Source of the DNA: a virus | Taxonomy: Duplodnaviria > Caudoviricetes | IMG/VR virus record: IMGVR_UViG_3300017565_000024 | Span: 1-49,555 of that record | Length of the DNA: 49,555 bases | Reading direction: 5' to 3' (one strand) | Part shown: positions 20,696 to 27,990 of the stretch, one piece after another | Numbering within the stretch: position 1 is the first letter of the stretch | Layout: the number at the start of each line of letters is the position of its first letter | Notes under the pieces: model-generated | Told to the model about the DNA's origin: nothing | The model's database searches: none | Seen by the model: only the letters and a program-made list of their open reading frames with translations | Translations under genes and position numbers: made by a program

Positions 20696-20977
20696 ATGGA
20701 TTGGAACATTATTTTTGGTTTTATACCAGCTGAACTGCTTGCAGTAGTCGCTGCTTGTTGGGTAGTCGGGTACGTGCTTAAGCGCACACCGCGGGTGCCT
20801 GACTGGTCTATCGTCTACATCGTGACGCTGCTGGCGGTGGCAGGAGCAGGCTTTACGCTTGGCTGGACACCTGCGGCAGTGGTGCAGGGTATCCTAGCTG
20901 GGGCGTTCGCGGTGTACGGTCATCAGTTCATCAAGCAAGCGAAGGAAGGGGCAGAGGACGATGGAATACATCGTTAA
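20696..20977 (+). CDS. Holin
   Basis: Three hydrophobic segments, KRTPRVPDWSI and VQGILAG...VYGHQFIKQ motifs. Precedes the endolysin. Confidence 0.9.
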   Translation: MDWNIIFGFIPAELLAVVAACWVVGYVLKRTPRVPDWSIVYIVTLLAVAGAGFTLGWTPAAVVQGILAGAFAVYGHQFIKQAKEGAEDDGIHR

Positions 20978-21731
20978 CCACATCCCCCGCACGACGCCCT
21001 GTGACCGCCGCCCAGGTCTGGCAATGGCGGCAGAGTACATCACTATCCACAATACGGGCAACGCCAACAGCACCGCCCTCAACGAGCGCTTGTGGCTAAC
21101 AAACCCCAGCAATGACCGCAAAGCTTCATATCATATCGTTATTGACCAAAATCGTGCTATTGAGTGCCTGCCTCTTACAGAGGTGGGTTGGCATGCAGGT
21201 GACGGCGGCAGCGGGACTGGCAACCGCAAGTCTATTGGTATCGAGATATGCGAGAGCGGCAACTATGCCCAAACGTTGCAAAATGCCGCCCGCCTGGTCG
21301 CCGAGCTGCTCAAGGAGCGTGGCTGGGGCGTTGATCGGCTACGGCGGCATTATGACTGGTCGAGCAAGATATGCCCGCGGCTCATGTACGATAAGGGGAC
21401 ATGGGCAGGGTGGACAACATTTAAGAATATGGTGCGAAATGCACTACAGGAGGGTGAGCCAATGACACCGCAAGAGTTATCTGCTTTTAAAGAGTTGCAA
21501 GGTCAGGTAGCAACACTGGCGCAAGCCAACACACACTTGGGGGTAGTGATAGAGGGGCAGGCCAAGCAGATCAAAGCTTTGCAGGACCGCGCCAAGCTTG
21601 CGGAGGTCCCGGCATGGGCGCAGGCAGCTGTTGATGCTGCTGTAGCTGCTGGGGTGATCGATACTAAGCAAGGTAGCCATGACTTTTATCGGCTGCTGAC
21701 GATCACTCACCGGGCGGGAGTTTTTAAATAA
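20961..21731 (+). CDS. Endolysin, N-acetylmuramoyl-L-alanine amidase (Amidase_2)
   Basis: ITIHNT, ASYH, WHAGDG, SIGIEICE and RHYDWSSKICP motifs, with a C-terminal putative cell-binding domain. Confidence 0.95.
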   Translation: MEYIVNHIPRTTPCDRRPGLAMAAEYITIHNTGNANSTALNERLWLTNPSNDRKASYHIVIDQNRAIECLPLTEVGWHAGDGGSGTGNRKSIGIEICESGNYAQTLQNAARLVAELLKERGWGVDRLRRHYDWSSKICPRLMYDKGTWAGWTTFKNMVRNALQEGEPMTPQELSAFKELQGQVATLAQANTHLGVVIEGQAKQIKALQDRAKLAEVPAWAQAAVDAAVAAGVIDTKQGSHDFYRLLTITHRAGVFK

Positions 21732-21736
21732 ACAAC

Positions 21737-21763
21737 AAGCCCTCGCCTAATCAGCGGGGGCTT
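21737..21763. terminator. Probable bidirectional terminator
   Basis: AAGCCCTCGC-ctaatca-GCGGGGGCTT between convergent genes. Confidence 0.7.
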
Positions 21764-21768
21764 AACTG

Positions 21769-21846
21769 CTATCTACGATTACGCCAAAACCTCACAGCCG
21801 CTGCCAGCAGCACCAGGGCAGCTATGACCTTAATTGCCGTTGCCAT
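21769..21846 (-). CDS. 25-aa hydrophobic peptide (MATAIKVIAALVLLAAAVRFWRNRR)
   Basis: Read manually because it is below the ORF-track cutoff. Strong RBS GGAGGTG, one TM helix and a basic tail. Confidence 0.7.
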   Translation of the reverse strand: MATAIKVIAALVLLAAAVRFWRNRR

Positions 21847-21908
21847 GACCTGTCACCTCCCCGCGTAAGCCCGCCGGCCGATTTTCAGGAGGGGCCGAAG
21901 CCCCTTGA

Positions 21909-22112
21909 TCAGTCTTCCGTGTAAAGTGCGCCGTTCAGTGCCTGTTGCGCTTGCTCTATCGCAGCCAATTCACGTTCACAATAAGGGCTTTTACCTGGAT
22001 TGCTTTTCACCCAATCCATTAATTTATATCTCCGATCCGACAAAGCCATGTTGATGGCGCTCATAACGTCTGCATTGATTGTCATTTGATATTTTGCTTC
22101 CATTTCATTCAC
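21909..22112 (-). CDS. Hypothetical protein (67 aa)
   Basis: ORF within the minus-strand mini-operon, followed by the hairpin AGGGGC-CGAA-GCCCCT. Confidence 0.6.
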   Translation of the reverse strand: MNEMEAKYQMTINADVMSAINMALSDRRYKLMDWVKSNPGKSPYCERELAAIEQAQQALNGALYTED

Positions 22113-22188
22113 GCTCCCAAGTTTTATTTTGCCTTGCTTTATGTTAAGATTGGGAGGAGGGAAGCCCTTAACTTCCCTCCAAGGGAAC

Positions 22189-22320
22189 CTATTTACGTTT
22201 GCGCCGTCGCTTACGCTGGGTTCCTTTTTTGTTGCTCTTTTCTCGCCCTGCCGCCTTGTAGATGATGCAGGCTGCGATTAGCTGTATTAGCGAGGATAAG
22301 AGCGTTGCCCAATCTTGCAT
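22189..22320 (-). CDS. 43-aa membrane peptide with poly-basic tail
   Basis: MQDWATLLSSLIQLIAACIIYK...RKRRRKRK with RBS AAGGGTG, followed by a perfect 9-bp hairpin at 22156-22180. Confidence 0.7.
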   Translation of the reverse strand: MQDWATLLSSLIQLIAACIIYKAAGREKSNKKGTQRKRRRKRK

Positions 22321-22348
22321 TTTCTCACCCTTTCGGGAAGTCTTGTGT

Positions 22349-22417
22349 ATCAACTTCCTGATATAAATATACCACAAGCTAATACAAGTAGTCAATACAA
22401 AATATCAGGATGTTGAT
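22349..22417 (-). promoter_or_regulatory. SigA-like promoter flanked by 16-bp inverted repeats
   Basis: On the minus strand, TTGACT (22395-22390), 18 bp, TATATT (22371-22366) with an extended TG. Inverted repeats are ATCAACTTCCTGATAT and ATATCAGGATGTTGAT. Confidence 0.65.
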
Positions 22418-22462
22418 GTTTTATTTTAATTAGTGTATATTTACTGTCATGGAGGGATTGCT

Positions 22463-22675
22463 ATGATAGTGAATCGCTTGAGCGAAATAATGGGGCGCAA
22501 ACGCCTGAACCAAAGGGATGTAGTCCGCGGTACGGGATTGGCTATAAATACGGTGGCAGGCTTATATAATGACAAGGCGCGTCGGGTCGATATGGATACG
22601 CTAGATAAGCTTTGTAGCTTCCTTGGCGTCACTGTCGGGGAGATTCTGGAGTATCAAGAGGAGCAGGAGGGGTAA
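22463..22675 (+). CDS. Xre/Cro-family HTH regulator (HTH_26-like)
   Basis: RLSEIM...TGLAINTV..LYN......DTLDKLCSFLGVTVGEILEY. RBS GGAGGG, terminator at 22663-22691. Confidence 0.88.
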   Translation: MIVNRLSEIMGRKRLNQRDVVRGTGLAINTVAGLYNDKARRVDMDTLDKLCSFLGVTVGEILEYQEEQEG

Positions 22676-22714
22676 CCCTTCTGCTTTTTTTGTTGCCCAG
22701 GAAAATTTTCCTTA

Positions 22715-22759
22715 GTGACAAAGCGTATGTCCACCTGCTATTATGGGAACAAATGTTCC
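22715..22759 (+). promoter_or_regulatory. SigA-like promoter with LexA (Cheo) box
   Basis: GTGACA, 18 bp, TATTAT with extended TG. GGAAC-AAAT-GTTCC at 22746-22759 matches the Firmicute GAAC-N4-GTTC box. Confidence 0.8.
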
Positions 22760-22776
22760 TATAGGAGCGTGATGAG

Positions 22777-24054
22777 ATGGAGCGGAAAAGAGTTATCTTC
22801 TTGGCGGACTGCCAAAGCTTTTATGCCAGCGTCGAAAAGATGGAGCACCCGGAATATCGTGATAAGCCAGTGGTGGTGGCTGGCGATCCTGCACGGAGGT
22901 CTGGCATAGTTCTTGCTGCTTGCCCTATTGCCAAATCTTATGGCATTACGACTGCTGAACGGATCGGTGAATCAATTGCTAAATGTCCCGACCTTGTAAT
23001 AGTCCGCCCGCGGATGGAAACTTACATTCAGTTATCAATGTTTATTACAAAGATTTACATGAACTTCACTGACCTTGTGGAGCCGTATAGTATCGACGAA
23101 CAATTCTTGGATGTTACGGGTTCGATGCATCTGTATGGCAACGGAGAACCGGAGGCATTAGCCGCAGAAATTCAGAAAGCCGTCTTGCAGCAGACGGGCA
23201 TCTATACGCGGTTCGGAATCGGGGAGACGAAGGTTCTGGCGAAGACGGCATGTGATAATTACGCCAAAAAGAATAAATCCGGCATCTACACGCTGTATAA
23301 GGACACCTTGCAAGATACGTTATGGCAACTCCCTATTGATAAGCTCTTTATGGCTGGCAGCCGTATGACGCGGCATTTTACGTACATGGGGATACGCACA
23401 ATAGGCGAGCTTGCCAAAACCCCGTTGGACCAACTCAAGTTAATGATGCGCCGCCGCTTTGGACGCCAAGCGGATATTGATGCAACCTTGTATTGGCAGA
23501 TTGCCAACGGCATCGACACCAGCCCTGTCACGCCTGGTACGCATCAGGTGCCGCCTAAATCAGTTGGGCATATGATGACCCTGCCCAGGGATTACGCGAC
23601 ACTACAAGAGATCAAAACAATAATTTTGGAGCTTACGGAGCTGGTCTGCCTGCGCTGTCGGAGCATTGGCGTTAAGGGCGCTGTGGTAACAGTGGGCTGC
23701 GCGGGAGCCAACTACGACCGTCCGACAGGCTTCAACCGTCAGTCCAAAATGCTTGATGCAACCAACGTTACAAATCACATTTACCATGCCGCGGTCGACC
23801 TTTTCAAGTCGCATTGGGATGGCAATCCGGTGCGGCGTATCGGCATTAGTTTGACCGGCTTCAGCGCGGGGGACGAATACCAAGCGTCATTGTTTGAGGA
23901 CGTGGAAGGCAGAGAAAAGCTCATGGCGCTGGAGAAGGCTACAGACGCGCTCAAACGGAAATATGGGGATACAGCTATACTTAGGGCGGTATCTCTCACG
24001 ACTGCCGGGCAGGCGCAGGACAGAGCGGCTAAGATCGGAGGGCATTACAAGTGA
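22777..24054 (+). CDS. Y-family translesion DNA polymerase (UvrX/YqjW/DinB-like)
   Basis: Catalytic motifs FLADCQSFYASVE and YSIDEQFLD are intact. Little-finger KSVGHMMTLPRD and C-terminal IGGHYK are present. Confidence 0.95.
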   Translation: MERKRVIFLADCQSFYASVEKMEHPEYRDKPVVVAGDPARRSGIVLAACPIAKSYGITTAERIGESIAKCPDLVIVRPRMETYIQLSMFITKIYMNFTDLVEPYSIDEQFLDVTGSMHLYGNGEPEALAAEIQKAVLQQTGIYTRFGIGETKVLAKTACDNYAKKNKSGIYTLYKDTLQDTLWQLPIDKLFMAGSRMTRHFTYMGIRTIGELAKTPLDQLKLMMRRRFGRQADIDATLYWQIANGIDTSPVTPGTHQVPPKSVGHMMTLPRDYATLQEIKTIILELTELVCLRCRSIGVKGAVVTVGCAGANYDRPTGFNRQSKMLDATNVTNHIYHAAVDLFKSHWDGNPVRRIGISLTGFSAGDEYQASLFEDVEGREKLMALEKATDALKRKYGDTAILRAVSLTTAGQAQDRAAKIGGHYK

Positions 24055-24377
24055 GTAAAAAATTGCAAGGCAACGGGTTATGGGAATCGTCCCGCATGAT
24101 GCTGCCAGAACATAAGCTGGAAAACATTAAATACCGCGAAGGCTTTAAGAGAAGGCAGCGTCGGGAGCTGGACGAACAGGAACTGGAGGAGGTAAACCGG
24201 TTGTTGATCGAATCCAAGCAGACTGGCGTGATCGTCACGCTGCAAATGTTTGACGAATGGGAACTGCTCCAGGTGGTCGGCGTGGTAGAACGAATAGACC
24301 AGCATCATAGAAGGGTGATGGTTGGAGGGGATTGGTTTGCCATTCATGACATAGAGAGGGTGGAGGATTGCCAATAA
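24051..24377 (+). CDS. YolD-like protein
   Basis: WESSRMMLPEH motif. Coupled to the polymerase gene by a GTGA overlap. Confidence 0.9.
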   Translation: MSKKLQGNGLWESSRMMLPEHKLENIKYREGFKRRQRRELDEQELEEVNRLLIESKQTGVIVTLQMFDEWELLQVVGVVERIDQHHRRVMVGGDWFAIHDIERVEDCQ

Positions 24378-24431
24378 TTACGCGGTTATTTACTAGCCAC
24401 CAACTGCTAAAATTAGCTTGAGGTGGTATAA

Positions 24432-25271
24432 GTGTTTATTTCTCCGATGCTGCTGCATAAGCGCGAATTAATATTTGACGATCCCAACTGTTTATATGAA
24501 CCCAAAATAGATGGTCACAGGCTGCTGCTGTCGCTCCAATGCGGCGCTGTGAGCCTGTATACGCGACACAATAATAATGTAACAAGTAAATACCCCGAGC
24601 TACATAGCCCGCCTGTAGACGCCTCCTCAGTCATCCTAGATGGGGAGGTTGCTTGCGTCATGCCGGACGGATCTGTTTGCTTTGAATCGGTAATGCGCCG
24701 ATTTATGACCAGCCCTGGCAAGGTTTATGAGGTAATGGACGCCTTGCCTGTGCATTACTTTGTCTTTGATATTCTGCAACTTGACGGCAATGATTTGCGC
24801 TATAAAACGCTGCTGGAGCGTCGCGAGATATTAGATGAAGTACTCACAAACAACCGACATTTTAGCCGTGTTATCCAGGTGGACGGAAATGGGAGCAACC
24901 TCTTTGAGGTAATTAAGCAAAGAGGTCTAGAGGGCGTGGTAGCCAAGCAACGCCACAGCTCCTATGTCAGTAGACGTAGCCACGCATGGCAAAAGATAAT
25001 CAACTACACCTATGCTGAAGTGGAAGTTATCGGCCTCCGAAAGAGCAAGTTTGGTTGGCTGGTACAGTATGAAGGGCGAACGGTAGGTGTCGTTGAACTA
25101 GCCGTGCCGGCAACACACAATAAAGCGGTGTACGGTTTGATGCATAAGATAGCAGTGGGAGAGAGTGGCGACTTCGTTCGTATTCAGCCCATTGGTATTC
25201 GTGTCCGCTTCCGCAATTGGACCCGCGCAGGCATGTTGCGTTCACCAGAATTTGTCGAATTTTTGTCTTGA
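24432..25271 (+). CDS. Minimal ATP-dependent DNA ligase
   Basis: Motifs YEPKIDGHR, ILDGEV, FVFDIL, EGVVAK and WQKI, with a short OB-like C-terminus. Confidence 0.92.
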   Translation: MFISPMLLHKRELIFDDPNCLYEPKIDGHRLLLSLQCGAVSLYTRHNNNVTSKYPELHSPPVDASSVILDGEVACVMPDGSVCFESVMRRFMTSPGKVYEVMDALPVHYFVFDILQLDGNDLRYKTLLERREILDEVLTNNRHFSRVIQVDGNGSNLFEVIKQRGLEGVVAKQRHSSYVSRRSHAWQKIINYTYAEVEVIGLRKSKFGWLVQYEGRTVGVVELAVPATHNKAVYGLMHKIAVGESGDFVRIQPIGIRVRFRNWTRAGMLRSPEFVEFLS

Positions 25272-25311
25272 TAGCGAACGCATGTTCTTGTATAATAAGA
25301 ACAAACGTTCT
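25268..25311 (+). promoter_or_regulatory. SigA promoter with two LexA boxes
   Basis: TTGATA (25268-73), 17 bp, TATAAT (25291-96). CGAAC-GCAT-GTTCT at 25275-88 and AGAAC-AAAC-GTTCT at 25298-311. Confidence 0.9.
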
Positions 25312-25329
25312 TACCAGGAGGCGATTACG

Positions 25330-25515
25330 ATGTTCAGCAAGCATGTAGGAAAAACCGTCGATGTGATTTATCAAGACAAGCAAGGCAACTTTAGTAAGCG
25401 TTGCGTGTTGGTTAAGCGAGTCCAAAACGGCTACGCCTATGTACATTGCTTTACATCTAATGGTCCGCGGGTGTTGATTATTGGCAATATCTTAGCTGCA
25501 CAAAGGGCTGGATAG
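25330..25515 (+). CDS. 61-aa WYL/YolD-like (SH3-fold) mini-protein
   Basis: RBS AGGAGG. VDVIYQDKQGNFSKRCV...VHCFTSNGPRVL..GNIL resembles the WYL-domain pattern. Confidence 0.65.
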   Translation: MFSKHVGKTVDVIYQDKQGNFSKRCVLVKRVQNGYAYVHCFTSNGPRVLIIGNILAAQRAG

Positions 25516-25574
25516 TTGGCAAATTCGATGTAAATTATTCTAAAAATATTCCTGAGGAGGATGGAAGCGATCCG

Positions 25575-25790
25575 ATGAAATTCTTAGTCGCTGCTCCCGA
25601 GTGGAGCACTGCAAGGGATAGACGGGATTTGAAGAAGTTCTTGTTAGCACAGGACGATATATGTGGCGGGATGGAAGTCAACGAGGCTGATCGAGATAAA
25701 TTGATTGCAATGCTGGAGACAATGTTTTGGGATGCTCGCTTCAAAAATAGAGAGCAATACAAAGCAAGTCGCGCAAAGAAGAAAGCGTGA
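25575..25790 (+). CDS. Stand-alone protein resembling the C-terminal domain of Paenibacillus Xre repressors (no HTH)
   Basis: PEWSTARDRRDLKKFL...GMEVNEADRDKL..MLETMFWDA..KN. RBS GAGGAGG, terminator-like hairpin at ~25800-25837. Confidence 0.6.
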   Translation: MKFLVAAPEWSTARDRRDLKKFLLAQDDICGGMEVNEADRDKLIAMLETMFWDARFKNREQYKASRAKKKA

Positions 25791-25916
25791 CTTTTCAACA
25801 AAAAGAGTCGGGGACACATTCCCTTAGGGCTCTTTTTGTTGTCTAGATTATTTGGGTTGCAAAAAACAAGGAATTTTAGTAAAGTATATGCAAAGAGCAA
25901 AACGGAGGTGTTTGTC

Positions 25917-26579
25917 ATGAATGGTATGGTCATTCCTGTTTCAGCAATGGATGTTATAAGAAGCAACTTTCCCTTGAGAACTCGCTCTCAAATCGCTACA
26001 ATAGTTGAGCAAGCTTTCCATTTAACAAAGGAAGCGATAAAACATACTACGATATTAAATTGGGATTTGGGTAAGCGTCACGAAGGGTATTTAAGACCCC
26101 TCGCAGTTGCATTTTTGATGCAACAAAAGATTAATCAAGGCGAGTTGGAATGCACTTTTAAATTTGAATATAATTCAAATAAAAGCCACAGATACATTGT
26201 AATTGAAAAAGGAAATTCAAAAATGACAATCAGTCAAGTGGATAGCAAATATAAGATTGCCCGCCCGGCGTATTTCAGGAAAAAGAAGCAAATGGCTAAT
26301 CAGGCGTATTTTAATTACGGCAATGAACCCATTTATTCGGATGACTCTCATATTTATCACTTGCTTTTAACGTTCAGCAGTGGCGGGGATACTCCTGAAT
26401 TTATTAACATCGGGATGCCTGGAGATGCAGGTTGGATGGACCGCATTGATATACTTAAAGAATTGCATGCACTTCCTTCACAGGATAATCTAATTGAACC
26501 TGAAGTAAAAATTATTCCTGAAAAATTAATTGAATTAAAAAGCTTTGTTGAAGAGGTGGAGGACAATGGAAGCAAATAA
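25917..26579 (+). CDS. Hypothetical protein, candidate toxin/effector partner of the downstream HTH-peptidase
   Basis: 220 aa, AT-rich, RBS GGAGGTG. Overlaps the next gene. Confidence 0.7.
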   Translation: MNGMVIPVSAMDVIRSNFPLRTRSQIATIVEQAFHLTKEAIKHTTILNWDLGKRHEGYLRPLAVAFLMQQKINQGELECTFKFEYNSNKSHRYIVIEKGNSKMTISQVDSKYKIARPAYFRKKKQMANQAYFNYGNEPIYSDDSHIYHLLLTFSSGGDTPEFINIGMPGDAGWMDRIDILKELHALPSQDNLIEPEVKIIPEKLIELKSFVEEVEDNGSK

Positions 26580-27708
26580 ACGCTTCTCTCAATTTGTCCC
26601 TGCAAGGCTGGTTGCAGCACGAGAAGCTCAAGGGCTGACACTTACTGATTTAGAAGAGATTGTTGGCATATCGCACCAGTCTATATCGAATTACGAAAAA
26701 GGTAAAAAATCACCTAGTTATGAAACGCTCGACAAATTATCTTCCACCTTAGCTGTTCCAGTAACATATTTTTATAAACCCATTGCTGTTGAAAATAACT
26801 CGGTCGTCTTCTTTAGAAGTAAATCTATGGCAACCCAGAAATCGAAAAATGTTCATGCGAATAAGGTTGTCAATATGCAGGAGATTTACAACTATTTAGA
26901 CCAATATTTGAACTTCCCTGCACTAGATATTCCAAGATTTATTGAACGTGAGAATTACATCCCAACTGACTTCAATGATATCGATCATATGGCATCTGAT
27001 TTACGAAAACACTGGGGTCTTGGAGCTGGACCGATAAGTAACATGGTGCTTTTGTTGGAAAAGAAAGGTGCTGTGGTATCTCGTTCTCCATCTACAACTT
27101 ACTCAATCGATGCTTGCTCTATAATTGGAGAAGGTGGGAGACCGTTTATATTACTTAGTGACGATAAAACTTCAGCGAGATCGAGGTTCGATATTGCTCA
27201 TGAGTTGGGTCACATTGTCTTACATTCAAAATTAAAAAAGACAGAATTTAATAAAAAAGAAGTTTACAAACTGATTGAAAAAGAAGCCAACCGTTTTGCC
27301 AGTTCCTTTTTATTACCAAGTTCAAGTTTTGGGACTGAGGTAGTATCGACATCTATAGATCACCTCATCTCATTGAAAAATAGATGGAAAGTGTCTATTC
27401 AAATGATGGCATATACAGCAAACGCATTAGGTGTCTTTAGTGATTACCAACATATATATATTCGTCAAAAACTAGCTAAAGACAATATGCTGAAGAGTGA
27501 GCCGCTAGATAAAGAACTGCCTTTTGAAGAACCGTCAATGCTAAAACAAGCAGTTGAAGCGATTGTGGAGAACAGATTAAAAACAAAACAAGACTTCGTT
27601 TCTGATTTGTGTCTCCCGCGACAATTAATTGAAGAAATTACGAATGTAAGACCAGGTTATTTCCACAATGACGACACTGGCAAGGTGATTCAATTGACTT
27701 TCAGATAA
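26566..27708 (+). CDS. Xre HTH - ImmA/IrrE (M78) Zn-metallopeptidase fusion
   Basis: N-terminal HTH (ISHQSISNYEKG), RFDIAHELGH (HExxH) and EKEANRFASSFLLP. Confidence 0.92.
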   Translation: MEANKRFSQFVPARLVAAREAQGLTLTDLEEIVGISHQSISNYEKGKKSPSYETLDKLSSTLAVPVTYFYKPIAVENNSVVFFRSKSMATQKSKNVHANKVVNMQEIYNYLDQYLNFPALDIPRFIERENYIPTDFNDIDHMASDLRKHWGLGAGPISNMVLLLEKKGAVVSRSPSTTYSIDACSIIGEGGRPFILLSDDKTSARSRFDIAHELGHIVLHSKLKKTEFNKKEVYKLIEKEANRFASSFLLPSSSFGTEVVSTSIDHLISLKNRWKVSIQMMAYTANALGVFSDYQHIYIRQKLAKDNMLKSEPLDKELPFEEPSMLKQAVEAIVENRLKTKQDFVSDLCLPRQLIEEITNVRPGYFHNDDTGKVIQLTFR

Positions 27709-27751
27709 AAAAAAGAGCCGTGCGGGTAGTTTCCCAAACGGCTCTTTTTTT
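27707..27751. terminator. Bidirectional terminator
   Basis: AAAAAAAGAGCCGT...ACGGCTCTTTTTTT. Confidence 0.8.
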
Positions 27752-27759
27752 GCTCACAT

Positions 27760-27990
27760 GCTGGGGACAAATTGGGGACAGACTTGGGGACAAGTCATAG
27801 AATACGTTCCACTAGGTACAATTAAAGAGCGAATTAAGTCCTTGATATTACTCATTTTATGGATTACAATACCCTTATTTCCCGTGTTTGTGTTTCCACA
27901 TACGAGTCATGTGGAGTGCGTTTGTGCCTTGGTACATAAAGGTTTTTAGGTGCTATGCTTTGTGTTTGGGGACGAATTGGGGGCGGTGGT
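27760..27990. other. attP: attP: core with inverted repeat, plus arm-type repeats
   Basis: TCCACAT-ACGAGTC-ATGTGGA (27895-27915, 7-bp spacer). TGGGGACA occurs three times (27762-27793), with two variants inside the int 3' end (27966-27986). The core reads FPHTSHVECV. Confidence 0.85.

Noticed and set aside
27762-27793. TGGGGACA triple repeat as a CRISPR array or iteron set
   Set aside because: The units are too short and have no spacers. Their position fits integrase arm-type sites.
27875-27919. Minus-strand reading ALHMTRMWKHKHGK* as the host gene end at attP
   Set aside because: The plus-strand reading FPHTSHVECV matches a well-known RlmD/RumA motif and explains the site better.
27758-27949. 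63-aa ORF as a real gene
   Set aside because: It has no RBS and runs through the arm repeats. Only its 3' end is meaningful, as the replacement host-gene tail.
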